DNA of 64,000 nt from an uncultured Halobacteriales archaeon. Its GTDB lineage: Archaea; Halobacteriota; Halobacteria; Halobacteriales; Hikarchaeaceae. Numbering within the stretch: position 1 is the first letter of the stretch; the number at the start of each line of letters is the position of its first letter. The stretch covers positions 3,094-67,093 of the forward strand of contig CAZQZO010000007.1 of assembly GCA_964597855.1 (NCBI GenBank), read 5' to 3'. The notes beneath the pieces are model-generated. The model saw nothing but the letters and a program-made list of their open reading frames with translations. It had not been told where the DNA came from and did not search any database. Positions 10,592-20,260 of the stretch are shown here, in pieces. Both the position numbers and the translations under genes were made by a program.

Positions 10592-10662
10592 TGCGAAAGC
10601 CGGGATTCGAACCCGGGTTGCGACCTTGGCAAGGTCACGTGATACCACTACACTACTATCGC
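10592..10662 (-). tRNA. tRNA-Gly(GCC), no intron, CCA not encoded
   Basis: GCGATAG TA GTG..CAC G TGACC TTGCCAA GGTCG CAAC CCGGG TTCGAAT CCCGG CTTTCGC A folds as a cloverleaf. Confidence 0.96.
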
Positions 10663-10688
10663 CAGTAGCAAATGTCAACTTCGTTATA

Positions 10689-10702
10689 CATAAAAGGCTT
10701 AC
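10689..10702 (-). promoter_or_regulatory. Probable BRE/TATA promoter of tRNA-Gly
   Basis: Minus strand reads AAGCCTTTTATG about 28-35 nt upstream of the mature 5' end. Confidence 0.55.
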
Positions 10703-10836
10703 GAACGATACTTCCAATTCTCTCCTCCAATTCTCTCCCGCCCCTTTCTTAAAACAAATTTTATAGTTCTCCAAAACATGACTCAAAATAGCATTTCCGT
10801 GCGACTGCGGCACATGGTGTGCATCAAAGCGCCACC

Positions 10837-10900
10837 CTTATACGGGCTGAGATCTGAAAATATCGCTACAGTCTAGTGGTATGATAACTAAGACGCTGTA
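10837..10900 (+). promoter_or_regulatory. TATA box (CTTATA) and hairpin-forming 5' leader of the ribosomal protein operon
   Basis: CTTATA at 10837-10842; TACAG(10867-71)/CTGTA(10896-900) closes a stem ending at the ATG at 10901. Confidence 0.5.
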
Positions 10901-11731
10901 ATGACTCGAACAGTTCTCGTACCTTCTTCGCTCACCCGGGAAACCGAGGATATGCGAATGGCGACTCTGAAAATAGGCTACATAGCCCGTGCGGCTGCCA
11001 TTTTCAACATAGATCGCATTTGCGTTTTCCCCGATCCCCTGGGTGAAGGCGATTTAGGTATGGAATTTATCAGCACCGTTTTGGGATACGCTGTGACTCC
11101 TCCGTATCTTCGTAAAGAAATATGGGGGCAGCGCCCAGAATTGGCTTATGCTGGAGTCTTACCACCTCTTAGAATCTTACCACAGGCCGGCTCTGGATCA
11201 GAAGATTCAGAGTCGTTAAGACAAGGAATAGTGACCCAGGTCGGACCTGATAATCGCGTTTGGGTAATTTGCGGACTGCAAAACCCAATTTCCCTAACAA
11301 TCCCCACTAATATGGATATTGTAGAGGGACAACGCGTTTCTGTCAGAATATCTTCCGAAAAACCAGTCCGGGCTCGACTACTGACCGATTCTATACCAGG
11401 AATCTTAGTCGAGAACACCGATCTAGAATCTGCATTAGAACGTAATGATGCGGGAGTTAGAATCGCTGCATCCCGGTATGGGAATCCACTCGAAAATAAG
11501 AACCTCGATGATCTTATTACTCGAGTAAATCGGGAGGGAATGACAGTTGCATTTGGGGCCCCCGGCAGGGGTTTGCCAACGATTCTTGGGTTAGACCCCA
11601 TAGAAATACTTGAGCCAGATATCCCTGGCCCCAAGTTCGATTGCTGGCTCAATACAATTCCAAACCAAGGCAGTGAAACGGTGCGAACTGAAGAGGCAAT
11701 GATAGCCTCTCTCGCATTGTTCTCACTCTAA
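10901..11731 (+). CDS. SPOUT RNA methyltransferase (DUF171/C9orf114 family)
   Basis: IGYIARAAAIF, YAVTPPYLRK, GVLPPL, NTIPNQGSETVRTEEA; usual position at the head of the archaeal uL3 operon. Confidence 0.9.
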   Translation: MTRTVLVPSSLTRETEDMRMATLKIGYIARAAAIFNIDRICVFPDPLGEGDLGMEFISTVLGYAVTPPYLRKEIWGQRPELAYAGVLPPLRILPQAGSGSEDSESLRQGIVTQVGPDNRVWVICGLQNPISLTIPTNMDIVEGQRVSVRISSEKPVRARLLTDSIPGILVENTDLESALERNDAGVRIAASRYGNPLENKNLDDLITRVNREGMTVAFGAPGRGLPTILGLDPIEILEPDIPGPKFDCWLNTIPNQGSETVRTEEAMIASLALFSL

Positions 11732-11744
11732 CACACAACCAACC

Positions 11745-12758
11745 ATGCCTAGAACGCATAGACCTCGAAAAGGCTCACTCGCATTTGGCCCCCGAAAACG
11801 CGCGGCGGATCACGTCCCGCGATTTAATTCATGGCCAGAAGGCGACAATGAGCCGAAGCTCCAGGGTTTTGCAGGATATAAAGCCGGAATGACACATATA
11901 GTTGCAACAAATGATCAGCAACATTCTCCTCTTTTTGAAATGGAACAAACATTCCCCGTAACCATTGTTGAAACCCCTCCTATGCATGCTCTTGCCGTTC
12001 GAGCATATGAAAAAACCCCGTATGGACTCTATCCTTTAACCGAAGCATGGGTCGGCGATTATCATGAAACATTGAGCAGGTCTTTATCTCCTCCTAAAAA
12101 ATCCAAATTAGATGAAACGGAGAAAACACTAAGAGAATTATCTGATCAGAATAAAATCGAAGACATACGGATGATAACCCACACTGTTCCATCCTCGATA
12201 TCTGGAATCCCGAAGAAAAAACCAGATTTAATGGAAACAAGAATTGGTGGGGGCTCTATTTCTGAAAGATTGGATTTTGCACTTAATCTCTTACATGATG
12301 GTGGAATCCACAACGTGAGCGATATTTTCTCTGAAGGCGATTACCTTGATGTAACAGGCATCACAAAAGGAAAAGGGACACAAGGACCTGTCAAACGTTG
12401 GGGGGTTCAAAAACGGAAAGGGAAACACTATCGCCAAGGGTTCAAACGACGTATCGGAAATCTCGGACCTTGGAATCCCTCCCGTGTACGATCTACTGTA
12501 CCTCAACAGGGTCAAACCGGTTACCACCAACGCACAGAATATAACAAACGCCTCGTTTCTATCGGAAATGCAGATGAGGCATCTGTATCTGGTGGATTCA
12601 TAGGATATGGAGAAGTTAATGGGCCACATATACTCGTACATGGTTCTCTGCCCGGTCCTCAAAAACGTCTATTGAGATTCCGTCCAGCAATACGACCAAA
12701 TAGGCTTAATTCACCCATTGAAATTCATCACATTTCCAAAGCATCAAATCAAGGATAA
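11745..12758 (+). CDS. rpl3: 50S ribosomal protein uL3
   Basis: PRKGSLAFGPRKRA, GYKAGMTH, TKGKGTQGPVKRWG. Confidence 0.98.
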   Translation: MPRTHRPRKGSLAFGPRKRAADHVPRFNSWPEGDNEPKLQGFAGYKAGMTHIVATNDQQHSPLFEMEQTFPVTIVETPPMHALAVRAYEKTPYGLYPLTEAWVGDYHETLSRSLSPPKKSKLDETEKTLRELSDQNKIEDIRMITHTVPSSISGIPKKKPDLMETRIGGGSISERLDFALNLLHDGGIHNVSDIFSEGDYLDVTGITKGKGTQGPVKRWGVQKRKGKHYRQGFKRRIGNLGPWNPSRVRSTVPQQGQTGYHQRTEYNKRLVSIGNADEASVSGGFIGYGEVNGPHILVHGSLPGPQKRLLRFRPAIRPNRLNSPIEIHHISKASNQG

Positions 12759-12764
12759 TTTACT

Positions 12765-13508
12765 ATGAAAGCTACACTATTCAATCTTAAAGGAACTAAA
12801 GAAGGAACGGTAGATCTTCCCTCAACTTTCAATACCCCTTATCGTCCAGATTTAATTCAAAAAGCTGTAGTAGCCTCTCAAGCAAATCGAAAACAACCTT
12901 ATGGTGCCGATCCATTTGCTGGGAAAAGAACTTCTGCAGTGTCTTTAGGTACTGGACGTGGACTTGCACAGGTTCCCCGATCCAATGGACGAGGAAGAAA
13001 ATCACCAAACACTAACAGTGGCCGAAGATGCCACCCCCCTAAATCTACTAAATCTTATTCTTTAAAAATAAATGACAAAGAACGACGATTAGCAATTCGA
13101 AGCGCCATTGCCGCAACAGCAAATGTAGACCTAGTCCGTTCTAGAGGGCACAACTTCGATGATAAAATTACTTTACCCATTGTGATAACCGATGATCTTT
13201 CCGATTTAACAAAAACGAAAGAAGTCATCGACGTCTTAAACAATATTGGGATCTCTTCTGATCTCGATAGGTCTGCTTCACCAAAAGTCCGTGCAGGACG
13301 AGGAAAAACTAGAGGGAGAAAGTACAAACGTTCTAAATCTATTCTGTTAGTTACTTCTGGAAAAGCACTTTTAGCTGCACAGAATGTCCCCGGAGTGGAT
13401 GCAGTAACAGCTAGTGAAGTTAATACAGAAGATCTAGCACCTGGGACTCATGCTGGGAGATTAACAATATGGACTGAAAGCGCTATCAAAGAGGTGGAAA
13501 ACAAATGA
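12765..13508 (+). CDS. rpl4: 50S ribosomal protein uL4
   Basis: RPDLIQKAV, GTGRG.A.VPR, LAPGTHAGRLT. Confidence 0.98.
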   Translation: MKATLFNLKGTKEGTVDLPSTFNTPYRPDLIQKAVVASQANRKQPYGADPFAGKRTSAVSLGTGRGLAQVPRSNGRGRKSPNTNSGRRCHPPKSTKSYSLKINDKERRLAIRSAIAATANVDLVRSRGHNFDDKITLPIVITDDLSDLTKTKEVIDVLNNIGISSDLDRSASPKVRAGRGKTRGRKYKRSKSILLVTSGKALLAAQNVPGVDAVTASEVNTEDLAPGTHAGRLTIWTESAIKEVENK

Positions 13509-13756
13509 ATGTTTTACTTTACCCTCTCATAACTGAGAAAACAATGGATTCCATCGATTTCGAAAATAAATTAGTATTCATAGTCGATCTTAGTGCTTCT
13601 AAACCTGAAATTAAACAAGCAGTTGAAGCTCAATATGGTGTATCCGTAACTAAAGTAAACACTCAAATAACAATGAAAGGAACCAAAAAAGCAACAGTAC
13701 AATTATCCGCAGAAGACGACGCCCAAGACGTAATATCTAGAGTGGGGGTATTCTAA
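13505..13756 (+). CDS. rpl23: 50S ribosomal protein uL23
   Basis: YPLITEK, KVNT...KKA; operon position. Confidence 0.97.
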   Translation: MNVLLYPLITEKTMDSIDFENKLVFIVDLSASKPEIKQAVEAQYGVSVTKVNTQITMKGTKKATVQLSAEDDAQDVISRVGVF

Positions 13757-13757
13757 T

Positions 13758-14495
13758 ATGGGGCGTAGAATTCAAGGACAGAGACGTGGAAGGGCTGGGA
13801 CTTCTGGTAGTTCCACTTTCAAAGCCCCTTCTCATAAATATAAAGCAAATCTTACTCATAAAACTACCCCAACTGATTCTGACACTGTCCAAGGAACTGT
13901 AGTTGACATCGAGCACGATCCTGCAAGAAGTGCCCCTGTCGCACTTGTGGAATTCAACGATGGCGATCGCCGATACGTCCTCGCTCCTGAAGGAATCGCA
14001 GTTGGAGATTCCATCGCAATTGGAATATCTGCAGAAATAAAACCAGGAAATACTTTACCCCTCTCAGAAATACCCGAAGGCCTTCCTGTTTGCAATATAG
14101 AATCTAGACCTGGTGATGGGGGGAAATTCGTCAGATCTAGCGGTGTAAGTGCCACTTTGATCAGTCATGATGTCCATGCCGCAATGGTAAAATTACCCTC
14201 CGGTGAAATCAAACGATTAAACCCTAAATGCCGTGCAACCATTGGTGTCGTAGCGGGAGGGGGACGAACCGAAAAACCATTTGTCAAAGCTGGTAAAAAA
14301 TTCCATAAAATGCGTTCAAGAGGTACGAAATATCCTCGTGTAAGAGGCGTTGCAATGAATGCATGCGATCACCCTTTTGGGGGCGGTGGGAGACAACACC
14401 CTGGCCGTCCAAAAAGTGTCGCAAGAGGTGCCCCTCCTGGACGAAAAGTTGGTGCAATTGCTTCTAGAAGAACTGGCAGAGGTGGTTCTAGATGA
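13758..14495 (+). CDS. rpl2: 50S ribosomal protein uL2
   Basis: [34 protein letters not shown]. Confidence 0.98.
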   Translation: MGRRIQGQRRGRAGTSGSSTFKAPSHKYKANLTHKTTPTDSDTVQGTVVDIEHDPARSAPVALVEFNDGDRRYVLAPEGIAVGDSIAIGISAEIKPGNTLPLSEIPEGLPVCNIESRPGDGGKFVRSSGVSATLISHDVHAAMVKLPSGEIKRLNPKCRATIGVVAGGGRTEKPFVKAGKKFHKMRSRGTKYPRVRGVAMNACDHPFGGGGRQHPGRPKSVARGAPPGRKVGAIASRRTGRGGSR

Positions 14496-14920
14496 ACAAC
14501 AAGGTAGATTATCTAACTGGCCAAGAAGGAGAATTCACATATCGTGGATACACAACTGAACAGTTACAAGCTCTTAGTATTGATGAGCTAGCAGAATTGC
14601 TCCCTGCAAGAGCCCGAAGAACGCTTAAACGGGGACTTTCAGCAGAGCACGAAAAGTTACGTAAAAAGGCGAGTAAGAGGGATCCCGTATCCACTGCAAG
14701 CCAACCCATACGAACACACGTTCGTGACATGCCCGTTCTACCCGAATTCATCGGATTGACCTTTGCTGTTTACAATGGACAAAGCTTCAAACGCGTGAAA
14801 ATTGAGGAAGACATGCTAGGATATTACCTAGGGGAATTCCAACTAACTCGAAATAGAGTCAAACATGGACAAGCCGGTGTAGGTGCAACCAGATCTTCAA
14901 AATTCGTACCACTTAAATAA
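14492..14920 (+). CDS. rps19: 30S ribosomal protein uS19
   Basis: RTHVRDM, YNGQSF, GYYLGEF. Confidence 0.97.
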   Translation: MNNKVDYLTGQEGEFTYRGYTTEQLQALSIDELAELLPARARRTLKRGLSAEHEKLRKKASKRDPVSTASQPIRTHVRDMPVLPEFIGLTFAVYNGQSFKRVKIEEDMLGYYLGEFQLTRNRVKHGQAGVGATRSSKFVPLK

Positions 14921-14924
14921 AATC

Positions 14925-15383
14925 ATGGGAATCAACTATTCAGTACAATCCGATCAAAACACAACTGCTAGGGCAATAATCCGCAACCAACCAATAAGCC
15001 CAAAACACTCCCGAGAAATATCCCGGGCAATTAAAGGAAAAACAACGTCCGATGCTATATCTTATTTAGAAGATGTAATAGCTCTAAAACGGTCTATTCC
15101 CTTCCGAACCCATAATGCTGGAGTAGGGCACCGAAAAGATATAATTGGTTGGGATGCTGGAAGGTATCCTCAAAAAGCCTCTCGTGCATTCTTAAAATTA
15201 TTAACTAACGCCATGGGGAATGCAGACAACAAAGGTCTAGATTCACCCTCTATGAAGATAGTGCATGTTGCAGCGCATAAAGTTGGGGTCCGGCGTGGCA
15301 GAAAACCCAGGGCGTTCGGCCGTGCCACCCCTTGGAACACAACACTAGTAGACGTTGAACTAATTTTGGAGGCTGATTCCTAA
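14925..15383 (+). CDS. rpl22: 50S ribosomal protein uL22
   Basis: ISPKHSREI, GRYPQKA, PRAFGRATP; ATG 14925 preferred as start. Confidence 0.97.
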   Translation: MGINYSVQSDQNTTARAIIRNQPISPKHSREISRAIKGKTTSDAISYLEDVIALKRSIPFRTHNAGVGHRKDIIGWDAGRYPQKASRAFLKLLTNAMGNADNKGLDSPSMKIVHVAAHKVGVRRGRKPRAFGRATPWNTTLVDVELILEADS

Positions 15384-16336
15384 TGGCAGATGAACATCAA
15401 TTCATACAAAAAGGACTGAAAAATTCTCAAATAAATGAGTATCTAGAGTCTACACTTCAACGTGCAGGATATGGGGGCATGGAAATAGCAAAAACTCCCA
15501 TGGGGACTCAAATCGTACTCAAAGCAGAAAAACCTGGGATGGTAATTGGAAAAAGTGGCAAAAAAATACGTGAGATAACCGCAGCTCTCAAAGCCAATTT
15601 CGATCTAGACGATCCCCAAATAGATGTACAAGAGATCAACGAACCCGATCTGAACGCACAAATAGTTGCTGATAGATTGGCCAACGCATTGGAACGTGGC
15701 TGGTATTTCCGAAAAGCGGGCCACACAACAGTAGACCGAATTATGTCCTCAGGAGCACTAGGTGCAGAAATCGTTTTATCCGGAAAAGTTACTGGGGCAC
15801 GTGGCAGAGTTGAAAAATTCAATCGCGGATATATCAAACATAATGGTGAACCTGCCGCAGAAATAGTCGATCGGGGCCAATCCGTGGCAATACTCAAACT
15901 AGGTACTATCGGAGTAAATGTAAAAATCATCCCTCCTGGTGCCCAACTGCCTGACGATTTCAGAATCCTTGACACAATCCCTGGTGAAGAAGAACCAACT
16001 GAATCTGATTCTGGTCCAGAAACCGAGGCAATAGATGATCTATTGGCCCCAACACCCGAATCTACAGAACCTACAGATGATTCTGATCCCGCACCCGCTG
16101 TAGAAGAAATAATAGTGGAAAAAGAGGCACAATCCCCTCCTAAGGAAGAAACCAATCTCAAACTAACAGATCTTCCAGGTGTCGGCCCTTCAAAAGCCCA
16201 AGCACTCGAAGAAGCAGGATTCGATACTATCGAGGCACTACAAGCCGCAGGAGTAACCGATCTCGCTGCAGTTCCAGGAATCAGTGAAAATCTCGCCGAG
16301 AAAATCAAAACGTCTCTTGATAAAGGTGATAATTGA
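15383..16336 (+). CDS. rps3: 30S ribosomal protein uS3 with acidic Pro-rich linker and C-terminal helix-hairpin-helix module
   Basis: KH domain (PGMVIGKSG) and uS3 C-domain to about aa 200; linker; then [12 protein letters not shown]...[15 protein letters not shown]. Confidence 0.97.
   Translation: MADEHQFIQKGLKNSQINEYLESTLQRAGYGGMEIAKTPMGTQIVLKAEKPGMVIGKSGKKIREITAALKANFDLDDPQIDVQEINEPDLNAQIVADRLANALERGWYFRKAGHTTVDRIMSSGALGAEIVLSGKVTGARGRVEKFNRGYIKHNGEPAAEIVDRGQSVAILKLGTIGVNVKIIPPGAQLPDDFRILDTIPGEEEPTESDSGPETEAIDDLLAPTPESTEPTDDSDPAPAVEEIIVEKEAQSPPKEETNLKLTDLPGVGPSKAQALEEAGFDTIEALQAAGVTDLAAVPGISENLAEKIKTSLDKGDN
16154..16305 (+). repeat. 152-bp perfect direct repeat, copy 1 (HhH module in rps3)
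   Basis: AATCTCAAACTAACAGATCTTCC...GAAAATCTCGCCGAGAAAAT, compared base by base with 20270-20421: no mismatch found. Confidence 0.97.
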
Positions 16337-16554
16337 TGGCTTCTCTCCGACCCTCTGAAATTAGAGATATGACCTCTGAAGAAAGGCAATCCGAACTCGA
16401 GAAGTTGTCTACAGAATTATTGAATGCGCGTGCAATACAATTTGCTGGAGGTTCCTCCGACCACCCTGGATTGGCTCGGGAATTACGCCGAACAATAGCT
16501 AGAATCAAAACTATTCAAAAAGAACAAGAAACCACAGATGAGGTCTCCTCATGA
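16336..16554 (+). CDS. rpl29: 50S ribosomal protein uL29
   Basis: LRPSEIRDM...[11 protein letters not shown]; ATG overlaps the rps3 TGA. Confidence 0.96.
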   Translation: MASLRPSEIRDMTSEERQSELEKLSTELLNARAIQFAGGSSDHPGLARELRRTIARIKTIQKEQETTDEVSS

Positions 16555-16841
16555 TTCAAATACTCCCTGAGAATTTATCACGACACGAGTTGATAGGACT
16601 TGAAGCACAAGTAGCAGCAGCATCAAACCAATCCCACATCGGTATTTCTGGTCGTATCATTGACGAAACGATGAAGACCTTCCAAATTGAGAACCATGAC
16701 CAAACCCAAATGGTACCCAAATCTGGAACCACATTTGAAGTAAAATTACCAGGTGGAGACTATGCAGTAGTTGAGGGAAACCATCTAATTTCTCGCCCGT
16801 CACGCAGGACACAAAAAGCAGGAGGATCAATATGGCACTAA
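16551..16841 (+). CDS. rnp1: RNase P protein subunit Rpp29
   Basis: RHELIGL, G.IIDET; usual position between uL29 and uS17. Confidence 0.92.
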   Translation: MIQILPENLSRHELIGLEAQVAAASNQSHIGISGRIIDETMKTFQIENHDQTQMVPKSGTTFEVKLPGGDYAVVEGNHLISRPSRRTQKAGGSIWH

Positions 16842-17176
16842 AATCAAATGTAATAAAAACTGATGGTGGTAGCTCCAAACAAAACACCAATTCACCCAAG
16901 CCCATTTCTGTTAGAGGCAGTGTGTTGGAGGGAATTGTAGCTTCTACCTCTATGGATAAAACCGTGATAGTCGAACGTGAATATGTTGTATTTATACCAA
17001 AATACGAGAGATATATGAAACGCCGGTCAAGAGTACCTGCCCACGTTCCACAAGGCATAGAACTCGAAGTTGGAGACCAAGTTAAAATAGCCGAAACACG
17101 ACCAATCTCCAAAACCAAGTCACACGTTGTTGTGGAAATAACGAAACGGATTTCAGACAAAGGAGATGGAGTATGA
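16832..17176 (+). CDS. rps17: 30S ribosomal protein uS17
   Basis: [24 protein letters not shown]. Confidence 0.96.
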   Translation: MALKSNVIKTDGGSSKQNTNSPKPISVRGSVLEGIVASTSMDKTVIVEREYVVFIPKYERYMKRRSRVPAHVPQGIELEVGDQVKIAETRPISKTKSHVVVEITKRISDKGDGV

Positions 17177-17571
17177 AATCAATTACATCTAGCATCAGTA
17201 GAGGTATACCAAAAGGAGCAAAACTCGTTTGCGCAGACAACACCGGAGCCCGGGAATTAAATTTAATTAGTGTCGCTGGGTACCACGGAACTATCAACAG
17301 ACTCCCGACAGCTGGAATCGGTGATAAAATCACCGTATCCGTCCGTAAAGGATCCCCTGAAATGCGACGTCAAATACTCCAAGCAGTTATCGTCCGGCAA
17401 AAACAATCTTTCAGACGACCCAGTGGCCTCCGTGTCAAATTTGAGGACAATGCCGCAGTATTAATCGATGACATGGGCGAACCCCGTGGAACCGAAATCA
17501 AAGGTCCAATCGCCAGAGAAGTAGCCGAGCGTTTTGGAGGTATAGCCAGTACGGCAACAACTATAATTTAA
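17173..17571 (+). CDS. rpl14: 50S ribosomal protein uL14
   Basis: [24 protein letters not shown]. Confidence 0.98.
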   Translation: MKSITSSISRGIPKGAKLVCADNTGARELNLISVAGYHGTINRLPTAGIGDKITVSVRKGSPEMRRQILQAVIVRQKQSFRRPSGLRVKFEDNAAVLIDDMGEPRGTEIKGPIAREVAERFGGIASTATTII

Positions 17572-17575
17572 AATC

Positions 17576-17929
17576 ATGACAACACAACCTCGTAAACAAA
17601 GAAAACGACAATATAATGCACCATTGCATTTACGACATAAGCAGCTCAACGCAGCTTTGTCTTTGGAGTTACGTGAAAAACACGGTCGAAGAAGCACTCG
17701 TGTCAATACTGGTGATGCAGTTGAAGTCATGCGTGGGGATCTAGCGGGAGAAACAGGTACTGTGTCCCGGGTGGATCTAAAAGCGAAACTAGTTTTCGCA
17801 GACGGAATCACCGCAGAAAAAGGCGATGGAGAAGAATATTTACTCCCTCTAGTTGCTTCCAATCTACGTATCACAAAATTAAACCTTTCTGACACGCTGC
17901 GAAAATCAAAGCTGGAGGAAACATCATGA
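17576..17929 (+). CDS. rpl24: 50S ribosomal protein uL24
   Basis: QPRKQRK, NAPLH.RHK, GD.VEVMRGD KOW motif. Confidence 0.97.
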   Translation: MTTQPRKQRKRQYNAPLHLRHKQLNAALSLELREKHGRRSTRVNTGDAVEVMRGDLAGETGTVSRVDLKAKLVFADGITAEKGDGEEYLLPLVASNLRITKLNLSDTLRKSKLEETS

Positions 17930-18627
17930 CCCGGCATCAAAAACGTCTCTCCGCCCCTGCTTCGTGGCCAGTCGAAAGGAAAACCTCCGTTTATACAGTC
18001 AAAGCTGGAGCAGGACCTCATGGAAATAGTGGAGTTCCTCTACTTATAATAATCCGAGACGTACTTCAGTATGTCACTTCCTCAAAAGAAGCAGATTATG
18101 CCCTAAGAAGCCGATCAATTATGATCAATGGCAGAGTTGTAACTGACCCCAAACGCTCTGTTGGTATGTTTGATATATTGGCCTTCCTAGACCGAGATGA
18201 ATACTACCGTATCTTTCCTGATTCTGGAGGGCGTCTAAATCTAACTCCCATCAGTCCCGAAGCAGCCACTTCGAAACTCAGTAAAATAACTGGAAAATCG
18301 CAACTATCTCCTCAATTAATACAACTAGCTTTGCATAACGGTACTACTCTAACGGTACCAAATCCAACCGAGTATTATGTTGGAGATTCACTTATCACTG
18401 ACAATGAAACCGGAGATATAGCTGCTCACTTCCCCTACAAAGAGGGGGCGTTGGTTACTGTAATTGGTGGATCTCATGCTGGAGAAATTGGCATTTTAAA
18501 AACCATTAGCGTTCGATCTGGGAGCTCTGCAAATGTAGTTGAAGTAAAAACAGACACCAATACCTTCGATACTGTAGAAAAATACATAGTCGTTATCGAC
18601 GAAAAATTCACAGGAGTTGGAAGTTAA
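17926..18627 (+). CDS. rps4e: 30S ribosomal protein eS4
   Basis: [20 protein letters not shown]. Confidence 0.97.
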   Translation: MTRHQKRLSAPASWPVERKTSVYTVKAGAGPHGNSGVPLLIIIRDVLQYVTSSKEADYALRSRSIMINGRVVTDPKRSVGMFDILAFLDRDEYYRIFPDSGGRLNLTPISPEAATSKLSKITGKSQLSPQLIQLALHNGTTLTVPNPTEYYVGDSLITDNETGDIAAHFPYKEGALVTVIGGSHAGEIGILKTISVRSGSSANVVEVKTDTNTFDTVEKYIVVIDEKFTGVGS

Positions 18628-18628
18628 C

Positions 18629-19153
18629 ATGTCCGTACAAAGCACCAACTCTATGCGCGATCCCCGCATCGAAAAAGTAGTTGTACACATGGGTGTGGGT
18701 GAAGCTGGGAAGAAACTCCAGAATGCAGAGGAAATACTCAATGCAATCACTGGACAAACTGGAGTTCAAACCATATCAAAATCTACTATAGCAGACTTTG
18801 GAATCCGAAAAGGTGATCCCATAGGGGCAAAAGTCACTCTCCGAAGCAAAGCAGCAGTTGAGTTTCTCAAACTAGCATTGCCCCATGCAAATATCTCCAA
18901 AAGCTCTTTCGATAATGAGGGAAATTTGAGTTTTGGACTTTCTGAACACATAGTTTTCCCAGATCAAGATTATAATCCTTCTATTGGGCTCTATGGACTT
19001 GATGTAACTGTAGTCCTCAACCGCGCAGGCGCGCGAATAAAACGACGAAGACGTAGATCTAAATCTATCCCAATGTCTCACCGTCTAACTACCGAAGAAT
19101 CGGTAACTTTCATTGAATCAACTTTCAATGTGGAGGTCCAATCTGATGAATAA
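18629..19153 (+). CDS. rpl5: 50S ribosomal protein uL5
   Basis: [25 protein letters not shown]; ATG 18629 preferred as start. Confidence 0.97.
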   Translation: MSVQSTNSMRDPRIEKVVVHMGVGEAGKKLQNAEEILNAITGQTGVQTISKSTIADFGIRKGDPIGAKVTLRSKAAVEFLKLALPHANISKSSFDNEGNLSFGLSEHIVFPDQDYNPSIGLYGLDVTVVLNRAGARIKRRRRRSKSIPMSHRLTTEESVTFIESTFNVEVQSDE

Positions 19154-19328
19154 CGAACAAATAGAAGAAATAGAACAAAATCAGGAACCTACAATCGCAA
19201 CTGGTCAAAATCATTCGTGTAGACGTTGCGGACGTAAACAAGGTCTCGTCAGTAAGTACAACATTTGGCTTTGTCGCCAGTGTTTCCGCGAATTAGCAAG
19301 AAATGTGGGGTTTAAAAAATACTCATGA
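19146..19328 (+). CDS. rps14: 30S ribosomal protein uS14 (zinc-binding)
   Basis: CRRCG...LCRQCFRE; ATG 19146 preferred as start. Confidence 0.96.
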   Translation: MNNEQIEEIEQNQEPTIATGQNHSCRRCGRKQGLVSKYNIWLCRQCFRELARNVGFKKYS

Positions 19329-19717
19329 CAGGAAATGATCCACTATCCGATGCCCTATCTGGGCTAAACAATGCCGAAAATGCTGGGCACCTACAATATA
19401 CAGCAAAACCCGCATCAAAGCTTATTGGTAATGTTTTCGAAGTCTTTCACGACCATGGATACATAGGCCAATTTGAACATATCCAAGATGGAAAATCAGG
19501 ATACTTCGATGTTGAACTAAAAGGAGCCATCAACAAATGCGCCCCAATCAAACCGCGTTATTCTATCGCCCTCTCCAATTTTGAGAAGTGGGAGAAAAGA
19601 TATCTCCCTGCACAAAATTATGGTGCACTAGTTTTGACCACTAGTCAAGGCGTAATGAGTCATTACGAGGCCAGAAAAGCTGGAATTGGAGGCCAGCTCC
19701 TAGCATACATTTATTGA
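19325..19717 (+). CDS. rps8: 30S ribosomal protein uS8
   Basis: [21 protein letters not shown]. Confidence 0.97.
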   Translation: MTGNDPLSDALSGLNNAENAGHLQYTAKPASKLIGNVFEVFHDHGYIGQFEHIQDGKSGYFDVELKGAINKCAPIKPRYSIALSNFEKWEKRYLPAQNYGALVLTTSQGVMSHYEARKAGIGGQLLAYIY

Positions 19718-19723
19718 ATAATC

Positions 19724-20260
19724 ATGGAAAAAATAGAAATCAAAATCCCAGAAAACGTAACGGCACAACTAGATCAACTAGATCTATCGGTCGAGGGTCC
19801 AAACGGAAAGGTTTCAAAACGTTTCCAATACCCTGGTCTTCTCCTACACTCAACTGAGAATTCTATAATAATAGAGCGTTCTTCTGAAACTAAGAAAACA
19901 ATCGCTATGACCGGAACCTTTAGAAGTCACATTTTGAACATGTTCCACGGGGTGACCGCAGGCTGGACCTATGAACTTGATATTCTCTATGCTCACTTCC
20001 CTATGCAAGTCAGCGTGAATCAAAGTTCTGTAATAATCGATAACTTCCTTGGAGAGCGACATCCTCGAAAAACCAAAATCCATGGTGAAACAACTGTTTC
20101 AATTGATGGAGAAAAAGTTCTTGTAACTGGCCCTGATATTGAAGCAGTTGGACAAACCGCTGGGTCAATAGAACAATTAACTACTATTAAAGATAAAGAT
20201 CCCCGGGTCTTCCAAGATGGTATTTATATCACAAAAAAACCCGTTAGAGGTGAAGCATAA
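19724..20260 (+). CDS. rpl6: 50S ribosomal protein uL6
   Basis: GPNG, YAHFPM, NFLGE, DPRVFQDGIY. Confidence 0.97.
   Translation: MEKIEIKIPENVTAQLDQLDLSVEGPNGKVSKRFQYPGLLLHSTENSIIIERSSETKKTIAMTGTFRSHILNMFHGVTAGWTYELDILYAHFPMQVSVNQSSVIIDNFLGERHPRKTKIHGETTVSIDGEKVLVTGPDIEAVGQTAGSIEQLTTIKDKDPRVFQDGIYITKKPVRGEA

Noticed and set aside
15508-16389. 293-aa minus-strand ORF opposite rps3
   Set aside because: Low-complexity Ser-rich translation with no motifs; explained by the codon usage of rps3 leaving the antisense frame open.
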